Source: Breznakia sp. PF5-3 (GTDB taxonomy: Bacteria; Bacillota_I; Bacilli_A; Erysipelotrichales; Erysipelotrichaceae). Taken from it: a stretch of 15,169 bases of DNA. Of the stretch, positions 1 through 8,287 are shown piece after piece. The notes beneath the pieces are model-generated. The model did no database searches and was not told the origin of the DNA. It was given only the letters and a program-made list of their open reading frames with translations. Where the stretch lies: the NCBI RefSeq assembly GCF_029504745.1, contig NZ_JAQFIQ010000052.1:1-15169 (forward strand). Reading direction: 5' to 3'. Every line of letters starts with the position of its first letter. Positions within the stretch are counted from its first letter, which is position 1. Both the position numbers and the translations under genes were made by a program.

Positions 1-94
1 TCCGTTAAAATATACTGAACCGCCGTATACGGAACCGTACGTACGGTGGTGTGAGAGGTCGGTAACTGAATTAATCAGTTACCTCCTACTCGAT
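1..94 (+). mobile_element. Group II intron, 3'-terminal part only (domain V + domain VI), class C (IIC)-like; domains I-IV and any RT/maturase ORF would lie upstream of the window
   Basis: Nt 20-49 read CCGCCGUAU-ACG-GAAC-CGU-AC-GUACGGUGG. The flanks CGCCGUAU / ACGUACGG match the near-invariant domain V core (RAGCCGUAU...ACGUACGGUUY). The lower helix is 9 bp (20-28/41-49) with a G22-U47 wobble in the triad, followed by a 2-nt AC bulge (39-40), a 3-bp upper helix (29-31/36-38) and a tetraloop. The triad is CGC (21-23). Nt 52-92 fold as domain VI: distal helix 61-69/75-83 (9 perfect bp, loop AUUAA), middle helix 56-58/85-87, bulged A88, basal helix 53-55/89-91 (+U52-G92). A88 lies 6 nt before ...GAU94 (AY-type 3' end). 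The 3' boundary is uncertain by about 3 nt. Confidence 0.7.
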
Positions 95-107
95 TATATT
101 AGGAGGT
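81..107 (+). promoter_or_regulatory. Possible SD-sequestering helix between the intron domain VI 3' strand and the hisZ Shine-Dalgarno
   Basis: ACCUCCUA (81-88) is the exact reverse complement of UAGGAGGU (100-107), with an 11-nt loop. This pairing is mutually exclusive with the domain VI helices that use 81-87. A functional role is inferred, not shown. Confidence 0.3.
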
Positions 108-114
108 ATGAAAG

Positions 115-1239
115 ATGAGAGAATTTGCAGTGCCCTCAGGAATGAGAGATTTAGTATTAGATGAAGCGAAAAAGAAAAAGGTGTTACAGTTAGAAATTGA
201 GAATCGTCTTGATAAATGGGGATATCAAGAAATTATGACACCAAGTATCGAGTTTTATCGAACATATAGTGTTGGATTTGATGATATCAGAGAAGAAGAT
301 TTATATAAATTCTTTGATGATAATGGTAGAATTCTAGCATTAAAAGCGGATATGACAATTCCTATTGCCAGAGTAGTTGCTACAAAATTTAAAGATAGCA
401 ATGAAACATTACGGTTTCGTTATTGTGCGAATGTATTCAAAGTTCATGAGACGTTATCAGGGAATAAAAATGAAATCACAGATTGTGGTGTGGAATTGAT
501 TGGTGTCGATAAAAAAACAGGTGATTTAGAAATTCTTGTGACAGCATTAGATGCTTTACAAGTTGTAAATAGTGCTAAACTCACGCTTGAAATCGGAGAT
601 GTTCAATTTTTCCAAATTGCATGTGAAAAAGCTAATCTTACAGATGAGCAAAGTGAAAAGTTAGGATATTTAATTGATCATAAGAGTCTGATAGAACTGG
701 ATGATTATCTTAATGAAATTGATTTACCAAATCAATTTAAAAAATTCTTTTCCCAAATGGTTTGGTGGAATGGAGACATTAGTATTTTTAAAGAAGTTGA
801 AAAATATGCGTTTGATGAGAAGTTGATTCAAATTATAAATAGGTTAAGAGTATTAGATAAACAATTAGCATCACTTGGATATAAAGATATTATCACCTAT
901 GATTTAGGAAAGATTGGAAACTTGAATTACTATACAGGTCTTGTATTTGATGCATTTGTAGAAGGTGTTGGATTAAGGGTTATGAGTGGTGGACGTTATG
1001 ATAATCTAATAAAAAAATATGGTATTGATTTACCAGCGGTTGGATTTTCAATTAAGTTAGATCAATTGATGAATGCTTTTTGTTATATAGATGATAGTGA
1101 GGAAATTGTTATAGAATATGGAGATGAGGATCTTTTGGAAGCATTGAAAAAAAGAGAAACATTTGAAAATGAAGAAAGAATTATTTTAAAATTAAATTCA
1201 TCACTACAAGGTGTTATTGTAAAGGGGGAAGTATCATGA
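115..1239 (+). CDS. hisZ: ATP phosphoribosyltransferase regulatory subunit HisZ (HisRS paralogue)
   Basis: 374-aa ORF with SD AGGAGGT (101-107) 7 nt upstream. It has a class II HisRS-like catalytic core (GMRD, MTPSIEFY, LKADMT, RFRY, GGRYD) but no anticodon-binding domain. An ATGA overlap couples it to a short-form hisG, the arrangement that requires HisZ. Confidence 0.9.
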   Translation: MREFAVPSGMRDLVLDEAKKKKVLQLEIENRLDKWGYQEIMTPSIEFYRTYSVGFDDIREEDLYKFFDDNGRILALKADMTIPIARVVATKFKDSNETLRFRYCANVFKVHETLSGNKNEITDCGVELIGVDKKTGDLEILVTALDALQVVNSAKLTLEIGDVQFFQIACEKANLTDEQSEKLGYLIDHKSLIELDDYLNEIDLPNQFKKFFSQMVWWNGDISIFKEVEKYAFDEKLIQIINRLRVLDKQLASLGYKDIITYDLGKIGNLNYYTGLVFDAFVEGVGLRVMSGGRYDNLIKKYGIDLPAVGFSIKLDQLMNAFCYIDDSEEIVIEYGDEDLLEALKKRETFENEERIILKLNSSLQGVIVKGEVS

Positions 1240-1880
1240 TTTCAATTGCACTCACAAAAGGAAGATTAGAAAAAGAAAGTGTAAAAATATTTGAGGCGTG
1301 TGGATATGGAGTAGAGCCATTAAAAAACAAAGGAAGACAATTGGTGTTTCATGACACAAAAAAAGATATTGATTATTTTTTGGTTAAATCTGCAGATTGT
1401 GTTACTTATGTAGAACATGGTGTAGCAGATGTGGGATTTGTAGGGAAAGATACCTTAATGGAGTCTACGAATCGATACTATGAAATCATGGATTTAGGAA
1501 TTGGAAAATGTGGATTTATAGTAGCTAGCTTACCTGATGGTGATCCTTTTAAAAAGAATACACATGTTAAGATAGGCACAAAATATCCAACTGTAGCAAA
1601 ACAGTATTTCAAAGAAAAAGGTATGGATGTGGAAATTATTAAAATTGAAGGTTCTGTAGAACTTGCACCTATTTTAGGACTATGTGATGCAATTGTTGAT
1701 ATAATGGAAACAGGAACAACACTTAAAGAAAATGGATTGATTGTATTAGATAGGATTTGTGATATCAGTGCTAGAGTAATCGTTAACAAAGCAAGCTTCA
1801 GGTTAAAAAGAAAAGAAATTACAGCTTTATTAGATGATATAAAAAAAGTGATAGGTGAAAGTAATGTTGAAACGAATTAA
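1236..1880 (+). CDS. hisG: ATP phosphoribosyltransferase, short form (HisG-S)
   Basis: 214 aa with no C-terminal regulatory domain. Motifs LTKGRL, DCVTYVEHGVADVGFVGKD and DIMETGTTLKENGL are present. SD AGGGGGA lies upstream, and there is a 4-nt overlap with hisZ. Confidence 0.93.
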   Translation: MISIALTKGRLEKESVKIFEACGYGVEPLKNKGRQLVFHDTKKDIDYFLVKSADCVTYVEHGVADVGFVGKDTLMESTNRYYEIMDLGIGKCGFIVASLPDGDPFKKNTHVKIGTKYPTVAKQYFKEKGMDVEIIKIEGSVELAPILGLCDAIVDIMETGTTLKENGLIVLDRICDISARVIVNKASFRLKRKEITALLDDIKKVIGESNVETN

Positions 1881-3156
1881 TTATAAAGATAAAAAGCAAT
1901 TTTATGAAGTACTCGAGAGTCGCAATGCTACGATTGATCCAGAAGTAACAGCATCTGTTTTAGCTATTTTACAAGATGTTAAAAACAAAGGAGATGAAGC
2001 ATTAAAGAGCTATACAGAAAAGTTTGATAAGGTATCAATTGATTGCCTTTTAGTATCTGAGGAAGAGATGGAAGATGCATATAGTCAAGTTGATGAAGAG
2101 TTTATTAGTATTTTAAAACAAGCAAAGCAAAATATAGAAGAATATCATAATTTACAACTTACAGATGGCTATGAAATACAAAAGGAAGATGGAGTTTATT
2201 TGGGACAGCGAATATTACCGTTAAATCGAGTAGGAATTTATGTTCCTGGAGGAACAGCAGCTTATCCAAGTACTGTATTGATGGATGTGATTCCAGCAAA
2301 GATTGCTGGTGTTAAGGATATTGTTATGGTGACACCACCCAATAAGGATGGTAAAATAAATCCTTTTATTTTAGCGACAGCAAAAATAGCGGGAGTCAAT
2401 AAAATATATAAGGTTGGTGGTGCACAGGCAATTGCTGCATTGGCATATGGAACAAAGACAATACCACAGGTTGATAAAATTGTAGGGCCAGGTAATATGT
2501 ATGTTGCTGAAGCAAAAAAACTGGTATATGGGCAAGTAGATATTGATATGATTGCAGGTCCTAGTGAAATTTTAGTGATTGCAGATGAAAATGCAAATCC
2601 TAAATATATTGCTGCTGATTTAATGTCGCAAGCAGAGCATGATCGAATGGCGAGTAGTATATTGGTAAGCACTTCACAACCATTAATCAATCAAGTGGAA
2701 GTGGAAATAGAAGCACAAATGAGCACGTTATCAAGAATTGATATTATGAAAGATTCATTCCAAAATTATGGATATGCAATATGTGCAGATTCGATTGATG
2801 ATGCAATTGAAGTGTCAAATAAAATTGCTCCTGAACATCTTGAAATGATGGTGGAGAACCCTAAAAAATATCTACCTCAAATCACCAATGCAGGAAGTAT
2901 ATTTTTAGGATATTATACATGTGAAAGTATTGGAGATTATTTTGGGGGAACAAATCATGTATTACCAACAAATGGAACAGCAAGATTTTATTCACCACTT
3001 GGTGTAGATAGCTTTATGAAAAAGTCATCTTATATGTATTGGAGTGCAGAAGCATTACAAAAAGATGGTAAAAAGATTATCAGATTTGCTGAACAAGAAG
3101 GATTGGATGCACACGCGAACGCTGTGAAAGTGAGGTTAGATAATGAAAGATATTAA
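1864..3156 (+). CDS. hisD: Histidinol dehydrogenase
   Basis: HisD motifs GPGNMYVAEAKK, QAEHD and APEHLE are present, with an HVLPT region. The ORF track starts at GTG 1855, but ATG 1864 has GGTGA (1854-1858) 5 nt upstream, so I prefer it. The stop is unambiguous. Confidence 0.92.
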   Translation: MLKRINYKDKKQFYEVLESRNATIDPEVTASVLAILQDVKNKGDEALKSYTEKFDKVSIDCLLVSEEEMEDAYSQVDEEFISILKQAKQNIEEYHNLQLTDGYEIQKEDGVYLGQRILPLNRVGIYVPGGTAAYPSTVLMDVIPAKIAGVKDIVMVTPPNKDGKINPFILATAKIAGVNKIYKVGGAQAIAALAYGTKTIPQVDKIVGPGNMYVAEAKKLVYGQVDIDMIAGPSEILVIADENANPKYIAADLMSQAEHDRMASSILVSTSQPLINQVEVEIEAQMSTLSRIDIMKDSFQNYGYAICADSIDDAIEVSNKIAPEHLEMMVENPKKYLPQITNAGSIFLGYYTCESIGDYFGGTNHVLPTNGTARFYSPLGVDSFMKKSSYMYWSAEALQKDGKKIIRFAEQEGLDAHANAVKVRLDNERY

Positions 3157-4159
3157 TGCATATGAAGCACAGGAAAATCAAGGATTGTTATTAAATGCTA
3201 ATGAAAATCCAAATAATATAAGGATTGATGTTAGAGAAAAAATTGCAAAAGCAATACTAGATATCAATTTTAATCGTTATCCAGATGATCAATCTAATCA
3301 ATTAAGAGAAGCTTATAGTGAATATATAAAAATACCTGTAGAACAAATTATAGTTGGAAATGGAAGCGATGAAATGCTGGGGTTAATGATTAATCTTAAC
3401 CTTGGAGAAGGAAAAAAATTATATACGGTTGAATTGGATTTCTCTATGTATGACTACTATACAAGTATGCAAGGGGGAGAAGTCATTCGATTCCCATTTG
3501 CTGTAGATGATGAATTCGATGTAAATAAATTTATAGCCTATGGAAAAGAAAAAGATGTTGATATGCTTCTTTTTTCTAATCCCAACAATCCTACAGGAAA
3601 AGCAATTTGTAATGAGGATATCATAACGATTGTTGAAGCATTTCGTGACAAAATCGTCATTATTGATGAAGCCTACAGTGAGTTTAATGACGCTAGTATG
3701 GTAGCATATACGAGCATGTATGCTAATTTACTAATCACTAGAACGTTATCAAAAGCATTTGCTTTAGCGGGTATACGTTGTGGATTTTTGATAGGAAATG
3801 AGCAACTCATTTCACGTATTATGCCATATAAAGTTCCATACAATGTAAATACATTAACACAAACAAGTGCAATCATTGCATTGCAGTATAAGGAAGAAAC
3901 TTTAGAAGATATAAAAAGAATAAAGAAGCTTCGGGATGAAATGTATGAAAGTTATAATGCTATGCAATTAGATAACGTGAAACTATATCCATCAAAAGCA
4001 AATTATTTGTTCGGTATTACAAAAAATAAAGAAAAATTATTGTCTGTATTTGAAAATGCTGGAATTCTTATTCGTAATTATGAAGGGGATAGTTTTCGAA
4101 TTACTATTGGAAATAAAGAAGATAATGATAGAGTACTTGCGTTATTAGCTACAATATAG
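3143..4159 (+). CDS. hisC: Histidinol-phosphate aminotransferase
   Basis: Class II aminotransferase with NPNNPTG, IIDEAY and the PLP-lysine motif TLSKAFALAGIRCG. SD GAGG lies 7 nt upstream. It overlaps hisD by 14 nt. Confidence 0.9.
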   Translation: MKDINAYEAQENQGLLLNANENPNNIRIDVREKIAKAILDINFNRYPDDQSNQLREAYSEYIKIPVEQIIVGNGSDEMLGLMINLNLGEGKKLYTVELDFSMYDYYTSMQGGEVIRFPFAVDDEFDVNKFIAYGKEKDVDMLLFSNPNNPTGKAICNEDIITIVEAFRDKIVIIDEAYSEFNDASMVAYTSMYANLLITRTLSKAFALAGIRCGFLIGNEQLISRIMPYKVPYNVNTLTQTSAIIALQYKEETLEDIKRIKKLRDEMYESYNAMQLDNVKLYPSKANYLFGITKNKEKLLSVFENAGILIRNYEGDSFRITIGNKEDNDRVLALLATI

Positions 4160-4168
4160 GAGGTTATT

Positions 4169-4753
4169 ATGTCAAGGGTAAAACAAAGTGTAAGGAATAC
4201 AAAAGAAACACAGATTCAAGCAATGCTTAATCTTGATGGAACAGGAAAAGCAGATGTTGAAACAGGGATTGGATTTTTTGATCATATGATTACATTGTTA
4301 TCTTTTCATTCGGGTATAGATATAACATTACAAGCCAAAGGTGACTTAGAGGTATGTGATCACCACACAATCGAAGATTGTGGTATTTTGTTGGGTCAAT
4401 TATTTAATGAAGCAATTGGTGATAAAGCAGGAATACAACGTTATGGAAGTATGCGTATGGTAATGGATGAAACCTTATGTAATGTGGATTTGGATATTAG
4501 TGGTCGTCCTTATCTTGTGTATAACTGTGATTTGAAAAGAGATATGATTAAAGACTATGCATGTGAAATGACCAAAGAATTTTTATATGCTTTTGCAATT
4601 AATGCAAGAATCACATTACATGTAAATGTAATTTATGGAGATAATGACCATCATAAAGTAGAATCAATATTTAAGGGCTTAGGGCGTGCGCTAAAAACGG
4701 CAATAAAGGTTGATGGATATGAAATACCTTCCTCAAAAGGAGTTATTCAATGA
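4169..4753 (+). CDS. hisB: Imidazoleglycerol-phosphate dehydratase (monofunctional)
   Basis: 194 aa with IGPD metal motifs GIGFFDHM, DHHTIED and GDNDHHKVES. SD AGGAGG is at 4158-4163. There is no fused HAD phosphatase domain. Confidence 0.93.
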   Translation: MSRVKQSVRNTKETQIQAMLNLDGTGKADVETGIGFFDHMITLLSFHSGIDITLQAKGDLEVCDHHTIEDCGILLGQLFNEAIGDKAGIQRYGSMRMVMDETLCNVDLDISGRPYLVYNCDLKRDMIKDYACEMTKEFLYAFAINARITLHVNVIYGDNDHHKVESIFKGLGRALKTAIKVDGYEIPSSKGVIQ

Positions 4754-5361
4754 TTGCTATTATTGATTATGGTATGGGGAATCTTCATAGTGTTGAAAAT
4801 GCATTGATAAAGATTGGTGCTGAATGTAAAATAACAAATCAAAAAGAGGAAATCTATAAAGCAGATGGAATAATTCTTCCTGGTGTTGGGGCTTTTCAAG
4901 ACTGTATGAACAACTTAAACGATCTATCTTTGGTTGAAGTGATTAAAACAATTGTAGAACAAGGAAAACCACTTCTTGGTATTTGTTTGGGAATGCAAGT
5001 GTTATTTGAAAAGGGGTATGAAGGAACAGAGTGTGAAGGTTTGGGGATTTTAAAAGGGAACATCGTTTTAATGAAAGACCAAAGTGTTAAAATACCACAT
5101 ATTGGATGGAACCGTTTAGAAAGAAATAAGGATGATTTCTTATTTGATGATTTAAAAAATAATGTATTTGTATATTACGTACATTCTTATTATGCATCTG
5201 ATTATCAAGATGATGACCTTGTTGCCTATTCAAATTATGGGTCTTTAAAAATACCTGGTTATGTCCATAAAAACAATGTCTTAGGAATGCAATATCATCC
5301 AGAAAAAAGTGGTGAAGATGGATTGGAAATGTTGAAAAAGTTTAAGGAGATGTGCAAATGA
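4750..5361 (+). CDS. hisH: Imidazole glycerol phosphate synthase, glutamine amidotransferase subunit
   Basis: Class I GATase with the nucleophile elbow GICLGMQ and the YVHSY and QYHPEKS motifs. It has an ATGA overlap with hisB. Confidence 0.93.
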   Translation: MIAIIDYGMGNLHSVENALIKIGAECKITNQKEEIYKADGIILPGVGAFQDCMNNLNDLSLVEVIKTIVEQGKPLLGICLGMQVLFEKGYEGTECEGLGILKGNIVLMKDQSVKIPHIGWNRLERNKDDFLFDDLKNNVFVYYVHSYYASDYQDDDLVAYSNYGSLKIPGYVHKNNVLGMQYHPEKSGEDGLEMLKKFKEMCK

Positions 5362-6077
5362 TTATATTACCAGCAATTGATATTATTGATAGTAAGCCAG
5401 TTCGTTTATATAAAGGTGATTATAACCAAGTTGAAGAGGTTTCTGGGACGGTACTAGAAGTAGCGAAGACATTTGAAACAGAAGGAGCACAATACCTTCA
5501 TATTGTAGATTTAGATGGGGCAAAAGATGGAAGTATGGTAAATAAAGACTTGATAATAGAACTCGTCAATCAAGTAACAATTCCAATTGAAGTAGGTGGG
5601 GGTATTCGTTCGATGGAAGCAATATCATATTATTTAGATCATGGAGTAGCACGTATAATTTTAGGGACAAGTGCAATTGATAATAAAGATTTACTTAAGG
5701 AAGCTTTAGAAAAATATGGCGATAGAATAGCGGTTGGTATTGATTTTAAAGATGATTATGTGTATGGACGAGGATGGTTAGAAGCTAGTAATTTGCATTA
5801 TGTTGAGTTTGCTAAAGATTTGGCAACCCTTGGTGTAAAGACTATTATCGTTACTGATATTTCAAAAGATGGTACTTTAGAAGGACCTAATGTAGAGATG
5901 TTGAAAAGATTATCAAAGGAAGTAGATATAAATATTATTGCTTCTGGAGGGATTAAAGATATCAATGATATAAAAGCATTAAATGATATTCATGTATATG
6001 GTGCAATCACAGGAAAAGCGATGTATCATAAAACTTTGGATTTAAAAGAAGCATTAAAAATTAGTAAGGGGGAATAA
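5358..6077 (+). CDS. hisA: ProFAR isomerase (1-(5-phosphoribosyl)-5-[(5-phosphoribosylamino)methylideneamino]imidazole-4-carboxamide isomerase)
   Basis: The N-terminus MIILPAIDI and the motifs [15 protein letters not shown] and ASGGI are present. The ORF track starts at GTG 5352. ATG 5358 forms an ATGA overlap with the hisH stop and lies 8 nt after AAGGAG, so I prefer it. Confidence 0.92.
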   Translation: MIILPAIDIIDSKPVRLYKGDYNQVEEVSGTVLEVAKTFETEGAQYLHIVDLDGAKDGSMVNKDLIIELVNQVTIPIEVGGGIRSMEAISYYLDHGVARIILGTSAIDNKDLLKEALEKYGDRIAVGIDFKDDYVYGRGWLEASNLHYVEFAKDLATLGVKTIIVTDISKDGTLEGPNVEMLKRLSKEVDINIIASGGIKDINDIKALNDIHVYGAITGKAMYHKTLDLKEALKISKGE

Positions 6078-6078
6078 G

Positions 6079-6840
6079 ATGCACACAAAAAGAATCATTC
6101 CTTGTTTAGATGTGAAAGAGGGAAAAGTTGTAAAAGGCATTAATTTTGTTGGTCTAAAAGAAGTTGGCGATCCTGTACAATTAGCAAAAAAATATTATGA
6201 GCAAGGTGCTGATGAAATTGTCTTTTTGGATATTGGAGCGACACATGAGAATCGTGACACAATGGTAGATGTTGTAAATCAAGTAGCAAAAGCAATTTTC
6301 ATTCCCTTTACTGTAGGTGGTGGAATTCGAAGCGTAGAAGATATGCGCAAAATGCTATTAGCTGGTGCTGATAAGATTTCACTTAATTCAGCAGCTATAA
6401 AAGATCCACAGTTAATTGAAGATGGAGCAAAAATTTTTGGGAACCAATGCATCGTGGTAGCGATTGATGCGAAAAAAAGAGATGATGGTACAGGATGGAA
6501 TGTGTATATCAATGGTGGACGTATCGATACGGGAATGGATTTGATTGAATGGACAAAAAAAGCATTGGATTTAGGTGCTGGGGAAATATTGTTGACAAGT
6601 ATGGATGCGGATGGAACAAAAGAAGGGTTTGATATTGAAATGTTAAGAGCAGTAAATACATTTGCAAATGTTCCAGTGATTGCTTCAGGAGGTTGTGGAA
6701 GTCTTAAAGATTTCAAAGAAGTATTTCAGGAAGATGTAGCAGATGCGGCATTAGCAGCATCTTTATTTCATTACAATGAGGTAAGTGTTAAGGAAGTGAA
6801 GGAATTTTTAGATGAAGCAAAGATTCCAGTGAGGATGTAG
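6079..6840 (+). CDS. hisF: Imidazole glycerol phosphate synthase, cyclase subunit
   Basis: [26 protein letters not shown] and IASGG motifs are present, with SD AGGGGGA upstream. Confidence 0.95.
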   Translation: MHTKRIIPCLDVKEGKVVKGINFVGLKEVGDPVQLAKKYYEQGADEIVFLDIGATHENRDTMVDVVNQVAKAIFIPFTVGGGIRSVEDMRKMLLAGADKISLNSAAIKDPQLIEDGAKIFGNQCIVVAIDAKKRDDGTGWNVYINGGRIDTGMDLIEWTKKALDLGAGEILLTSMDADGTKEGFDIEMLRAVNTFANVPVIASGGCGSLKDFKEVFQEDVADAALAASLFHYNEVSVKEVKEFLDEAKIPVRM

Positions 6841-6846
6841 GTAAAT

Positions 6847-7185
6847 ATGATTGATAAGATAGATTTTGATAAAAATAATGGTTTAATTCCTGTGGTTGTA
6901 CAAGAAGAAAAAACTAATCAAGTATTGATGCTAGCTTACATGAATAAAGAAAGCTTAGAAAAAACTTTAGCCACAAAACTAGCAACATATTATTCACGAA
7001 GCCGCAACGAATTATGGATAAAAGGGGAAACAAGTGGTCATTTCCAACATGTCAAAGAAATGTATTTGGATTGTGATTATGATACAATATTAATGGTTGT
7101 AAAGCAGGATGGAGTGGCTTGCCATACAGGAGAAAAGTCTTGTTTTTTTAACGAATTGTTAGGAGGTAATAAAGATGAAAAATGA
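6847..7185 (+). CDS. hisI: Phosphoribosyl-AMP cyclohydrolase (stand-alone)
   Basis: 112 aa with [23 protein letters not shown] and [10 protein letters not shown] (zinc/cysteine motif). Confidence 0.93.
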   Translation: MIDKIDFDKNNGLIPVVVQEEKTNQVLMLAYMNKESLEKTLATKLATYYSRSRNELWIKGETSGHFQHVKEMYLDCDYDTILMVVKQDGVACHTGEKSCFFNELLGGNKDEK

Positions 7186-7504
7186 ATTACAAGTTCTATA
7201 TGAAACACTATTAGATCGAAAAGAAAATGCGGAAGTAGGATCCTATACAGCTTACCTTTATGAAAAAGGGGTTGAAAAGATTCTAAAGAAGGTTGGAGAA
7301 GAATGTACAGAAGTTATCATTGCATCAATGAAGCCAGATAACAAAGAAGAAATAGTCAATGAAATCAGTGATTTGCTTTATCACTTGTTTGTATTGATGG
7401 CAGAAAAAAATATTACCCTTGAAGATGTTAATAGAGAATTGGAAAAGCGAAGTCATAAGAAAGGGAATTTGAAGGCAGAAAGAAAGCCAGTGGATGATTA
7501 TTAA
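7175..7504 (+). CDS. hisE: Phosphoribosyl-ATP pyrophosphatase (stand-alone, MazG-like)
   Basis: 109 aa with GSYTAYL and [13 protein letters not shown] motifs. SD AGGAGG (7161-7166) lies 8 nt upstream. It overlaps hisI by 11 nt. Confidence 0.9.
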   Translation: MKNELQVLYETLLDRKENAEVGSYTAYLYEKGVEKILKKVGEECTEVIIASMKPDNKEEIVNEISDLLYHLFVLMAEKNITLEDVNRELEKRSHKKGNLKAERKPVDDY

Positions 7505-8276
7505 AATGCAAAACTTTAATTATCATACACATACATATCGTTGTGGACATGCTACTGGGGAAGATGAAGAATATATTAAAAATGCTATTAAAGGTGGATT
7601 TAAAACACTTGGTTTTAGTGAGCACTTAGGGTATCAAGGATGGGATGATAAAAAAGAACGGATTGATTTTAATAAGGTAGATACATATATACGTGATATG
7701 TATGCACTAAAAGAGAAATATAAAAATCAAATTGATCTTAAGATAGGGTTTGAATTTGAATATTTTGAAGATCATGAAGAATACTTGAAGTCGATATATG
7801 ATAAAGTTGATTACATGATTATTGGACAACATGCGAAAAACTTTAATATGTACTATGAACACGGAAGTACAGATGATGATATTGATGTTTATGCATCTCA
7901 AATTTGTAAAGCTTTAGATCTTGGACTTACAAAATATGTTGCACATATTGATTATTTCATGTTAGGATTGAAAGAGTTCAGTGAACAAAATGCAAAAGCT
8001 ATTGAAAAGATATGTGATGCCGTATTACGTAATGATGCTTATATTGAAGTTAATATTAAAGGCAGCAAATATGGTAAGAAGTTATATAATGGAATAGAGC
8101 AATATATTTATCCACATTATGATGTTTATAAAATAGTTGCTCAAAAAGGCTGTAAGGTAGTTTTTGGATATGATGCTCATAGTCCTGATGCCTTGCTTGA
8201 AAGAGAAAAAGAAATAGCTTTGAAAGAAGAGTTTAAGAACTTAAATTTAAATTATCAGGATAGCATTATCTTATAG
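7494..8276 (+). CDS. hisK: Histidinol-phosphatase, PHP family
   Basis: 260 aa with the N-terminal PHP metal motif YHTHTYRCGHA, then FSEH, HIDY and GYDAHSP. Its position as the last his enzyme, together with a monofunctional hisB, supports the call. The start is uncertain: ATG 7494 overlaps hisE, ATG 7506 is an alternative, and neither has a strong SD. Confidence 0.8.
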   Translation: MIIKMQNFNYHTHTYRCGHATGEDEEYIKNAIKGGFKTLGFSEHLGYQGWDDKKERIDFNKVDTYIRDMYALKEKYKNQIDLKIGFEFEYFEDHEEYLKSIYDKVDYMIIGQHAKNFNMYYEHGSTDDDIDVYASQICKALDLGLTKYVAHIDYFMLGLKEFSEQNAKAIEKICDAVLRNDAYIEVNIKGSKYGKKLYNGIEQYIYPHYDVYKIVAQKGCKVVFGYDAHSPDALLEREKEIALKEEFKNLNLNYQDSIIL

Positions 8277-8287
8277 GGGGAGCAACT

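Noticed and set aside
23-46. Two GC-cored DNA palindromes, CCGTATACGG (23-32) and CCGTACGTACGG (35-46), considered as repressor operators (for example, a HisR-type site).
   Set aside because: They are the two strands of one RNA helix (domain V). The apparent palindromy is a by-product of the conserved CCGUAU/ACGUACGG pairing.
61-83. Perfect 9-bp hairpin GGTAACTGA-ATTAA-TCAGTTACC, considered as an intrinsic terminator of an upstream gene.
   Set aside because: It is followed by TCCTACTCG, not a T-run. It fits better as the distal helix of intron domain VI.
1-114. Histidine T-box riboswitch or leader-peptide attenuator in front of hisZ. This was expected for a Firmicute his operon, and a GGUGGU string lies at 45-50.
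   Set aside because: I could not build a T-box antiterminator. There is no AGGGUGGNACCGCG-like box with a 7-nt bulge and matching 3' strand, no His-rich leader peptide, and no U-tract. Every helix is accounted for by group II intron domains V and VI. A genuine T-box may still exist upstream of the window.
2262-2690. Long antisense ORFs inside his genes and other CDSs (1478-1789, 2262-2690, 3673-3876, 6279-6716, 7428-7625, 7707-7901, 9692-10105, 12372-12575, 12659-12850, 13030-13317, 13193-13588, 13435-13623, 14120-14329, 14612-14818, 14878-15087).
   Set aside because: They lie entirely opposite well-supported conserved genes. They lack SD sequences and have low-complexity, hydrophobic or Ser/Ile-rich translations typical of shadow frames in AT-rich DNA.
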